Shown piece by piece: positions 7,828 to 15,133 of a stretch of DNA of 24,523 nt. The notes beneath the pieces were generated by a model. The model saw nothing but the letters and a program-made list of their open reading frames with translations, searched no databases and was not told the origin of the DNA. The DNA is from a virus. Taxonomy: Duplodnaviria; Caudoviricetes. A program made the translations under genes and the position numbers. The stretch is taken from positions 1 through 24,523 of the IMG/VR virus record IMGVR_UViG_3300049070_000101; one strand, 5' to 3'. How positions within the stretch are numbered: the stretch's first letter is position 1; each line of letters opens with the position of its first letter.

Positions 7828-8347
7828 ACCCTACTACGAGGACGAGGACGCCCCCTACAAGCACGCCCGACTGTGCTTCCCCAAGGACTGGATCGGCACG
7901 AAGCTGCCGGCCCAGTGGAAACACCCGGCCAAACACCCCGGATCAGACCAAACTTACTATTTCCAGATCGATCTTCTGGACACCCGGGACGGCAAGGTCT
8001 ACAAGACCAAATCGTGGCCGCACTACGAAGACGCCTACGCCCAGGACACACACACCACCATCAACATTTACATGTTCCTAGAGCACTACTGTGCGTGCCA
8101 CCGCAAGTGTGACGCCCGGGACGCGGGGGCGGACACGGACGAAGAATGCGAGGGCGAAAGGTTCGTGGTCAAATCGATCACCTGCCCCACCCGCACCGGG
8201 GGGTTGGTGCTCTACAGCGAAACGGACGACGCCAACACCCTGACCGACCGGTGCCTCAGACCACAAGGAGTGGACCATGACGGCGACGGAAACGCCCCGC
8301 AAGACCTTCGTGGAAACGACCTTCGTACCAACACCCGCAACGACTAG
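7814..8347 (+). CDS. Hypothetical protein with a Cys/His motif
   Basis: GGAG SD; HYCACHRKC...C-GERF. Confidence 0.7.
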   Translation: MPNLEPYYEDEDAPYKHARLCFPKDWIGTKLPAQWKHPAKHPGSDQTYYFQIDLLDTRDGKVYKTKSWPHYEDAYAQDTHTTINIYMFLEHYCACHRKCDARDAGADTDEECEGERFVVKSITCPTRTGGLVLYSETDDANTLTDRCLRPQGVDHDGDGNAPQDLRGNDLRTNTRND

Positions 8348-8483
8348 CGGCGTGTTCGGAGGGGTGCTTAACTACTTCGTCTGGCGTCCGGCCCGCGTAG
8401 TCCGGTTCGACGGACCCCGGGCCGAGGGGCTGGCGACTTTCGAGGAAAGAACCGATGACCACCGAAACCAAACTCTTGGCTAA
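8277..8483 (+). CDS. Hypothetical protein
   Basis: AAGGAG SD 6 nt before the ATG; fills the gap to the next gene. Confidence 0.55.
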   Translation: MTATETPRKTFVETTFVPTPATTSGVFGGVLNYFVWRPARVVRFDGPRAEGLATFEERTDDHRNQTLG

Positions 8484-8649
8484 TTACACACAAGCGAAGC
8501 AACTGGTCAAAGACATCATCCAGGCCGGCAACGACGCCAACAAAACGGGGGAAACACAGTACGTCCGAACGACCCTAGAACAATTCTCCTGCGACGGCCC
8601 CTGGAGGCTTGTCCTGGGCATCCACCCAGCCACCAAGGAGGACAAATGA
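8455..8649 (+). CDS. Hypothetical protein
   Basis: GAGG SD; ATGA coupling downstream. Confidence 0.65.
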   Translation: MTTETKLLANYTQAKQLVKDIIQAGNDANKTGETQYVRTTLEQFSCDGPWRLVLGIHPATKEDK

Positions 8650-8879
8650 CCGGCAAGGAAATCAAGTCCATCCCCCTGATCGACATCATGCGCAACGTGG
8701 ACCACGTCCTCGTCAGGTGCAAGACCATCGAGGGTGAGGGCGGACTGTACGGCAAGGTTAACCGGCTGCGCAAATTCACCGGCCGGGACTGGATTCGGAT
8801 GGGTCCGGCCTACTGGATCAAGGACCGCTACTACCAAATGATGTGGTCCTGGCGAACCGATTCGGAGGCACCGAAATGA
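8646..8879 (+). CDS. Hypothetical protein
   Basis: AAGGAGG SD; ATGA coupling on both sides. Confidence 0.7.
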   Translation: MTGKEIKSIPLIDIMRNVDHVLVRCKTIEGEGGLYGKVNRLRKFTGRDWIRMGPAYWIKDRYYQMMWSWRTDSEAPK

Positions 8880-10375
8880 CGACCCTGCGACAATTCCAGG
8901 AAGAGGATGTCACCCAGGCCGGTGAAAGATTCGGCCTGAACTGCCTGCTGGGACTGGATACCGGCTTGGGCAAGACCGTCGAGGCACTGTTCTGCGTCAA
9001 ACGCTACCTGAAGAAAGGTCCCGTGGTTGTGGTCTGCCCCGCCACCATCAAGGTCAACTGGCAGCGGGAGGCGTACACGCACATCGGGGCCAGGGCAGTC
9101 GTCCTGGGCACACGCACGCCCCCGGACAACTTCGGGGTCGGCCACCGGCCCAACACGATCTACGTCATCAACTACGACGTGCTAGGGCCGTACACGGGGG
9201 GCCGGCAGACCTGGACCGACGTGCTGGTCCGACTGAAACCACAACTGTTAATCATAGATGAGTGCCATAAAATCCGCGGCCGGCGGACGGTCCGCACCAG
9301 GGCGGTCCAGGCGATCGCCCGCCACTGCCCCCGCCGGATGGGGCTGTCGGCGTCGCCGGTCGTCAACCGGCCGGTGGAGTTCTTCCCGATCCTGAACATC
9401 GTCCGGCCCGACTTGTTCCCCCACTTCGGACCGTTCGCGAAGAGATATTGTAATCCACGGTGGACTATATATGGATGGGACTACCGGGGGGCCAGCAACC
9501 TGGGGGAACTCAACTACAGGCTACGGCGGGACGTGATGATCCGCCGCCGCAAGGCCGACGTGCTGGACCAACTGCCGGTCAAGACCCGAACGGTCATCCC
9601 GGTCCCGCTGGACCCGGAATCCAGGGCAGAATACGACGAAGCGAATCGCAGCTTCCTGACCTGGCTGGCCAAGACCAAGCACGTCAAGAACGGGCAGGCC
9701 AAGGTCCGGGGCGCCAGCAAGGCCGAACGGCTGACGCAGATGGGCTACCTGCTGCGGCTGGCGGCGAAGCTGAAGTTCGGGTCGGTGGTCGAATGGACGT
9801 CCGACTTCCTGGAAACCGGGGGCAAGCTGATCGCCTTCGCCGTACAACGGCAACTAACGCAAGACCTGGCCGCCCACTTCGGTCAAGCGGCCGTGCTGGT
9901 CAACGGGTCGGTCACGGGCCGGCACCGGCAGGCCGCCATCGACCGGTTCAACCGGGACAAGTCGTGCCGACTGCTGTCGGGCAACATCGAGGCGGCGGGG
10001 GAGGGTTGGTCGTGCAAGTCCACGTCCACGGAAATGTTCTACCAGCTTCCCTGGCAGCCCGGGATGCTGATGCAGGCGGAAGACCGCATCGAGGGCATCG
10101 AACGCGGCCTGCCGGGGGCCGCAGCCCAGATATATTTCCTCGTTGCTGAAAATACAATCGAAGAGTGGCTGTGCAAGGTGTTGATCGGCAAGCGGAAAAT
10201 CCTCGATCAGGTCATGGACGGCCAGGACACCGGGGAACTGGATTCGATCCTCAGTCAAGTCGAGTCGATGGTCGAACGGTCGGGCCGGATGGTCACGGAC
10301 AAGTCCAAGGACAACCGAAAGATGGTCCGGACTGCCGTCAACGACGTCGTCCGCGTGTTCATGGGGGGGTTATGA
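8876..10375 (+). CDS. SNF2/HARP-like SF2 helicase
   Basis: DTGLGKT (motif I), VVCPA, IIDECH (II), LSASPVVNRP-E (III), RRRKADVL-QLP, QAEDRI (VI); GGAGG SD before ATG 8876. Confidence 0.92.
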   Translation: MTTLRQFQEEDVTQAGERFGLNCLLGLDTGLGKTVEALFCVKRYLKKGPVVVVCPATIKVNWQREAYTHIGARAVVLGTRTPPDNFGVGHRPNTIYVINYDVLGPYTGGRQTWTDVLVRLKPQLLIIDECHKIRGRRTVRTRAVQAIARHCPRRMGLSASPVVNRPVEFFPILNIVRPDLFPHFGPFAKRYCNPRWTIYGWDYRGASNLGELNYRLRRDVMIRRRKADVLDQLPVKTRTVIPVPLDPESRAEYDEANRSFLTWLAKTKHVKNGQAKVRGASKAERLTQMGYLLRLAAKLKFGSVVEWTSDFLETGGKLIAFAVQRQLTQDLAAHFGQAAVLVNGSVTGRHRQAAIDRFNRDKSCRLLSGNIEAAGEGWSCKSTSTEMFYQLPWQPGMLMQAEDRIEGIERGLPGAAAQIYFLVAENTIEEWLCKVLIGKRKILDQVMDGQDTGELDSILSQVESMVERSGRMVTDKSKDNRKMVRTAVNDVVRVFMGGL

Positions 10376-11133
10376 AAATTCGATCCGAAGAACTGGTCCC
10401 CGGCCGCTGTGAACTCGTTATCGGGGATTGCACCGAAATCCTGGACACCGTGGGATCAGTCTGGCCTTACAACTGTATCATCACCGACCCCCCTTACGGA
10501 ACTGGTCATTGGAAGAGAGAACGCAAGGAAGACCACCTGTGCAAGCCGGAAAAGAAAGAGTGGGACGAGTGGGACACGTCCTGGCTGTCCCTGGTTCACT
10601 GCCCCGACCGGGTAATCTCCTTCTGCCCCCAGACCAAGCTGAAGGACTTCATAGGCATCGCCGAATCCGGGGAAATCCCCTGGCGACTACTCATGTGGAT
10701 CAAGGCCAACCCCAACCCCCGGCCGTTCGGCACCCGCGTGCTGGACAACGGCTTCGACCCGATCTTCTGCTTCGGCAGGGTCCGGGGGCGGGGCCTGGAC
10801 TGGAAGCTGACCGGCACCCGCCACGACACGCTGCCCAGGGGGTGCCACCACCCCCACCAGAAGCCGCTGTCGCTGATGCGCTGGCTGGTGCGGCTGGCGT
10901 GCCCGCCCGGGGGCACGGTCCTGGACCCCTTCGGGGGCAGCGGGACGACGGCGGTGGCGTCACTGCTGGAGGGGCGCAACTGCGTCGTCATCGAACGTGA
11001 AGAAGAGTACTGCGAAACCGTCCGGCGGCGGCTGGACCGCCCCTGGCCGAAGCCACAATGGGTCAGCGAGCGGGGCGGACTACCTCTTTTAACCGACCCG
11101 GAGAAGTTCCGGACCAAGAGAAATCACCGATGA
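10372..11133 (+). CDS. Orphan DNA N6-adenine/N4-cytosine methyltransferase (beta-class motif order)
   Basis: GDC, IITDPPY, HPHQKP, VLDPFGGSGTT; no cognate restriction endonuclease adjacent. Confidence 0.92.
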   Translation: MKIRSEELVPGRCELVIGDCTEILDTVGSVWPYNCIITDPPYGTGHWKRERKEDHLCKPEKKEWDEWDTSWLSLVHCPDRVISFCPQTKLKDFIGIAESGEIPWRLLMWIKANPNPRPFGTRVLDNGFDPIFCFGRVRGRGLDWKLTGTRHDTLPRGCHHPHQKPLSLMRWLVRLACPPGGTVLDPFGGSGTTAVASLLEGRNCVVIEREEEYCETVRRRLDRPWPKPQWVSERGGLPLLTDPEKFRTKRNHR

Positions 11134-11570
11134 CCAAAGTAGAACTCGACAGAATAAAAACGCTGTGGGAAAGGGACTTCGAGTCGCGCAAGCCGTTCCT
11201 CCTGGCGATCCGGGCCAACCCGAAGGACGACCTGCCGAAGCTGATTTTTGCCGATTGGTTAGAAGAGCACGGACACTACGACGAGGCAGACGTGTGGCGG
11301 ACGAAGACGGAATGCGAAATCCACCGCGTCAAGGGTGGGACCGTCAACCTGGACCACGAAAAGGGGGTGTGGTACGCCACGATCTACGTCGGCGACCGGG
11401 AACTAGACGGCGTAGTCGTGCCCTTCCCGACCAAAAAGGAAGCGGTTGACTTCCTGGCCGAAACCCACAGGCAGAACCATGAACTTCCTTCAAGCACTGA
11501 AGTCGTTCAGCGTCCCGCTGACCGAGGCAGGCGATTCGCCCCTCGTCACGGACGGGTGGGTCGGGTTTGA
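11130..11570 (+). CDS. TIGR02996 (repeat-companion) domain protein
   Basis: FLLAIRANPKDDLPKLIFADWLEEHG matches the domain consensus; ATGA-coupled start. Confidence 0.85.
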   Translation: MTKVELDRIKTLWERDFESRKPFLLAIRANPKDDLPKLIFADWLEEHGHYDEADVWRTKTECEIHRVKGGTVNLDHEKGVWYATIYVGDRELDGVVVPFPTKKEAVDFLAETHRQNHELPSSTEVVQRPADRGRRFAPRHGRVGRV

Positions 11571-12363
11571 GTGCGTTCACTGTGGTAGGGGGACCGGACG
11601 CCCCGGCATGGGCTACAACCTCCGCAGCGGGGCACTCAGTTGTTGGAAATGTGGGACCAGGGGGCAGGTCGAAACCCTGTCCGCCCTGACCGGATTAGAC
11701 CCAGAAGAGTGCCGGAAAATTCTGGCCGGCGGGCGGGACGACCCCAGACGACCCAGGGCCGAACCGAAACCCCGGGGGAAGTACACGCCCCCGACACCCC
11801 TGGAAGACCTAGGGCCGGTCCACCGGAACTACCTGAAGGGCCGGGGGTTCGACCCCGACGAACTGGCGCGGCTGTGGGGGCTGAAGGCGACCACCCTGTG
11901 CCACCGATCCCCGTGGTCGGTCGTGGCCCCGATCCACTTGGGTGGTACGCCGGTATCCTGGGTGTCCCGCCGGTGCAGCGACAGGGACAAGGGGGCCAGG
12001 CACAACGGGGCGTCGCCGGAGGAAGAATCCATCGCCCGTAAGACTTTGTTGTTCGCAGAGGATCATTGCGAACATGCTATTGTTGTTGTCGAAGGGGTAT
12101 TCGACGTATTCAGAATCGGACCGGGCGCGGTCGCAACTTTCGGCACGTCTTACTCAAGATCACAAATATACAGAATGTCGAGATATCCTGTAAGAGTTGT
12201 TTGCTTCGATAATGAACAAGAGGCACAGAAAAGGGCCACGGTTCTAGCAAAAACACTTGAATCCTTGCCAGGAAAGACATATAATATAAGTCTAGATGCC
12301 AAAGACCCTGGATGTGCTCACGAATCAGAAATCAAAGAACTAAGAAAGCAGTTCCTCGAATGA
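11479..12363 (+). CDS. DNA primase (N-terminal Zn finger plus TOPRIM)
   Basis: CVHC...CWKCG, YLKGRG, VVVEGVFDV, ATFG, CFDNE, KDPG. Confidence 0.9.
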   Translation: MNFLQALKSFSVPLTEAGDSPLVTDGWVGFECVHCGRGTGRPGMGYNLRSGALSCWKCGTRGQVETLSALTGLDPEECRKILAGGRDDPRRPRAEPKPRGKYTPPTPLEDLGPVHRNYLKGRGFDPDELARLWGLKATTLCHRSPWSVVAPIHLGGTPVSWVSRRCSDRDKGARHNGASPEEESIARKTLLFAEDHCEHAIVVVEGVFDVFRIGPGAVATFGTSYSRSQIYRMSRYPVRVVCFDNEQEAQKRATVLAKTLESLPGKTYNISLDAKDPGCAHESEIKELRKQFLE

Positions 12364-13022
12364 TGGAAATTTGGGCTGACGTTCCCGGCTGGTCCGGCTT
12401 GTACAAAGTCTCTTCTTATGGGAGGGTTGCGTCCCTGCCCAGATTAAAAAACGGTGGTGGGCGAAAAATAAATCACGAGGAAGCCCAAAGGATAAAAGAG
12501 TTGTTTTCCACAAAACAGCACACATTATCTGATTTGAGTCGTACATTTAATATAACCCGCCAAGGCATCCGATACATTCTCAAGAGGAAAGAAACCAACC
12601 AGTACACAACAAAAGGAAAGATTCTCACTCCCATTGAAGATTCTTACGGATATCTCATTGTGGGACTAACCCGAAACAGCCAAACTAAGTTATTAAAAAT
12701 CCACAGACTTGTGGCGACGACCTTCATACCCAACCCCGAAGGGAAACCTCTAATCAACCACAAAGACGCAAACAAAAAAAACAACAGCATCCAAAACCTA
12801 GAATGGGTCACGCCGTTAGAAAATGGGGCACACGCCGCTAACAACAAATTAATGCCATGCGGATCAAAAAACAACAAAGCCAAACTGACAGAGAAAAAGG
12901 TTCTGGAAATCCGAGCTAGACTAGCTCTTGGGGAAAAACAAGGACAACTTGCCAAAGAATACAGTGTCAGTCAAATAACTATTCATTTAATCAAGTCACG
13001 AAAAACATGGAAGCACATATAA
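12360..13022 (+). CDS. Free-standing NUMOD4-HNH homing endonuclease with two HTH modules
   Basis: EIWADVPGWSGLYKVSSYGRV (NUMOD4); IHRLVA..FIPNP....INHKDANK-NN...NLEWVT (HNH); C-terminal AKLTE...LAKEYSVS; markedly AT-rich. Confidence 0.92.
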   Translation: MMEIWADVPGWSGLYKVSSYGRVASLPRLKNGGGRKINHEEAQRIKELFSTKQHTLSDLSRTFNITRQGIRYILKRKETNQYTTKGKILTPIEDSYGYLIVGLTRNSQTKLLKIHRLVATTFIPNPEGKPLINHKDANKKNNSIQNLEWVTPLENGAHAANNKLMPCGSKNNKAKLTEKKVLEIRARLALGEKQGQLAKEYSVSQITIHLIKSRKTWKHI

Positions 13023-13027
13023 CCCAA

Positions 13028-13078
13028 ACGGCGTCACGTAGGGAACTGAACGAACTACGCAGAAGGTTCCTAAGTTGA
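13028..13078 (+). pseudogene. Relic duplicate of the primase C-terminal 16 codons
   Basis: Translates TASRRELNELRRRFLS*, versus primase end CAHESEIKELRKQFLE*: 7/16 identical, ungapped, stop in register. Confidence 0.75.
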
Positions 13079-13105
13079 CCAACTAAGTAAACAAGGAGAC
13101 CACCA

Positions 13106-13645
13106 GTGGGCTTAGACCACCTCAAGAAACCGAAACCCCCCAGGGCCGACAAACCCAAGACCCTGGACGAACTGATCCCCGACAAGCCGACACCCAAGGA
13201 AAAGAAGGCCAAGCAACCCAACCCGTCCCAGAAGCCGGAAACGACCCAGGAACAGGTCACGTTCCGGTGCGGGCACCGGGTCGGGGTCGGCTACTTCCAG
13301 GGGCGGGACTGCACCGACTGTCAGAACGAACGGAACCGCAAGAAGGCTATCAAGAAGCGGGTGCTGTACGAAAAGTACATGGCGAAGAAGGGGGACGTGA
13401 AGTCGGCCCACGACCAACGACTGCCAGACGGGTCGGTGTTCCGCGTCGTGTACGACGCCGGCAGCAAGGCTTGGTCGGGGTTACTCAACGTACCCCAGGG
13501 CGGGTCCAGCACGGACTTCCGGGGCACGGCGTCGGGGGTGTTCCGGCTGCTGCAAGACCTGGACAACCAGTACCGAACGTGGCACGCAGAACAGGTCAAA
13601 GAAAATCCTGACCCGCCAGTGGCGGGCGACGGGTCGGCGGGATAG
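13106..13645 (+). CDS. Hypothetical protein with a Lys/Pro-rich N-terminus and CxH...CxxC motif
   Basis: AAGGAG SD, GTG start; FRCGH...DCTDC. Confidence 0.75.
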   Translation: MGLDHLKKPKPPRADKPKTLDELIPDKPTPKEKKAKQPNPSQKPETTQEQVTFRCGHRVGVGYFQGRDCTDCQNERNRKKAIKKRVLYEKYMAKKGDVKSAHDQRLPDGSVFRVVYDAGSKAWSGLLNVPQGGSSTDFRGTASGVFRLLQDLDNQYRTWHAEQVKENPDPPVAGDGSAG

Positions 13646-13661
13646 GATAGCGTCCGCCGCC

Positions 13662-13702
13662 AAAAAAAGATTCGGGCGGGTGGCCTCAACAACCACCCGC
13701 CC
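13662..13702 (-). terminator. Minus-strand intrinsic terminator candidate (also a hairpin in the initiator leader)
   Basis: Minus strand reads GGGCGGGTGG-TTGTTGAGG-CCACCCGCCC-GAATC-TTTTTTT: a perfect 10-bp stem, then a U7 tract after a 5-nt gap. Confidence 0.6.
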
Positions 13703-13745
13703 AGATTGTGTTTCCTCGGCCGGCAACCGAAGGACGTCAACATGC
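13662..13745 (-). ncRNA. Candidate ~84-nt antisense RNA to the replication-initiator leader
   Basis: Bounded by the candidate promoter at 13752-13780 and the terminator at 13662-13702; complementary to the initiator SD and AUG. Inferred, not a recognised family. Confidence 0.4.
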
Positions 13746-15133
13746 CAAGTCAGTTTAATCACACCCGTTCAGGCCGGCAAGTCCCCACACAGAAATTTCA
13801 CGGGAATGGCCCCCGTGCGACCCCGACCTTTCAGTTCCGGGACCCCACGGTCCCCGGCGGATGGATGGACCTATTCTGCGACGGCAAGATCACCAAGGTT
13901 CAGTTCATTCTGGCGGTCATGATCGACGCCTACGTCACCCGCGGTGGCCCGGGGTGCTGGGCCACCAACGCACACCTGGCGAACAAGCTACGCGTCACCC
14001 CCCACGCGGTCAGCCAAGCCATCAAGGAACTGGTCCTGGCGGGCCATCTAAAGCGATACTGGATCGACGGCCAGCGATACCTGGAAGCATCGTGGTCCAG
14101 GCTTCTAGACCCCACAGGTGAACGCATATCCACTAGCACGGCCGGTGCTAGGGGGGGTAGCACCGGCCGTGCTACCAGAAGTAGTAGTAAGATGAATAGG
14201 GTTAATACCCCTGAAGATACTACGTATCTTCAGGGGTTGGCGGAACCGCCTGACGGCGTTCCGCCGGCCCCGGTCAAGTCAGGTTCGTCTAATCCCGCCA
14301 AACCAAGTACGTCCGTCACCGAAAGGGGGTCGTTGCCCGTGAACCCACTCAGACTATGCACCTGCCCGCCCAGTCCGAAGGACAAGGCGGTCAAGTGTCC
14401 CGTCGAACCCATCGACCGCGCCCGCGCCAGGCGCCTCAAGGACTGCGTCCGTCAAGGGAAGACTGTCACGGCCATTTCCGCGTCCCCCAAGAACTGGGAA
14501 CAGGCGATGGCCGTCCTGCGGCGCAAGATCGACGCCTGTGCTACACAGAAATCCCAATCCGGACAGCACGTCATCGACGCCGTCCTGGACTTCGTCGTCA
14601 ATCACCACAACCCCAGCGGGGCCAAGCCCCACATCCGCCACGCCCGGGAACTGATCGACCGCTGGGACTGGATCACCGACCTGGTGGCCAAGGCCGAACG
14701 GAACAAGCCCGTGCCCGTCAGCGACGACGCCCGGGATATCGTCCGCCGGCTGTCGATGATGGGCTGGCCCAAGGGCAGCGAATCCCGACTGCCCCAGGCC
14801 GTCCAAAAATCACTAGAAGAGTTCAGAAAATTCCGGGCCGCCGTGAAGGCGCTGGCGGACGGAAACCCGGGCGCGACCAAGGGCGAAAGGTTGGTCCGGG
14901 AGTTCGCCGGCAGGGTCTACCGACAACACCTGCTGGACGACGACTGGTTCGTCGGCAACTACTTCGAGAGGGTCCACGACCGGGTCCGCAACTGGGCGGA
15001 CTGGTCTGGCGACCTGGACCGCTACATTTTCAACCCGAAGCTGATCGCCCAGGAGGGCATGAAATGGGCTGAAGAGTATCACCGCGCGGAACTGTGGGAC
15101 CGACTCATTACGGAGGTAAATCGTGAAGGTTGA
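13742..15133 (+). CDS. Replication initiator (lambda O-like arrangement, N-terminal winged HTH)
   Basis: GCWATNAHLANKLRVTPHAVSQAIKELVLAGHL HTH; low-complexity linker carrying DNA palindromes; directly upstream of the DnaB-like helicase. Confidence 0.75.
   Translation: MPSQFNHTRSGRQVPTQKFHGNGPRATPTFQFRDPTVPGGWMDLFCDGKITKVQFILAVMIDAYVTRGGPGCWATNAHLANKLRVTPHAVSQAIKELVLAGHLKRYWIDGQRYLEASWSRLLDPTGERISTSTAGARGGSTGRATRSSSKMNRVNTPEDTTYLQGLAEPPDGVPPAPVKSGSSNPAKPSTSVTERGSLPVNPLRLCTCPPSPKDKAVKCPVEPIDRARARRLKDCVRQGKTVTAISASPKNWEQAMAVLRRKIDACATQKSQSGQHVIDAVLDFVVNHHNPSGAKPHIRHARELIDRWDWITDLVAKAERNKPVPVSDDARDIVRRLSMMGWPKGSESRLPQAVQKSLEEFRKFRAAVKALADGNPGATKGERLVREFAGRVYRQHLLDDDWFVGNYFERVHDRVRNWADWSGDLDRYIFNPKLIAQEGMKWAEEYHRAELWDRLITEVNREG
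13752..13780 (-). promoter_or_regulatory. Candidate antisense sigma-70 promoter
   Basis: Minus strand TTGCCG (13780-13775), N17, TAAACT (13757-13752); each hexamer matches consensus at 4/6. Confidence 0.4.
14134..14265. repeat. Cluster of three inverted repeats, putative replication origin
   Basis: 17-bp IR (14134-14150 / 14158-14174) around G7; AT-rich spacer; 14-bp IR (14207-14220 / 14224-14237); bulged hairpin 14239-14265. Confidence 0.75.

Noticed and set aside
10372-11133. Restriction-modification system
   Set aside because: No adjacent restriction endonuclease; orphan MTases are routine in phages.
12310-13030. Group I intron or ribosomal bypass joining the primase to the downstream relic tail
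   Set aside because: The interval is fully occupied by coding sequence with no room for a ribozyme core, and the primase already has a complete C-terminus.
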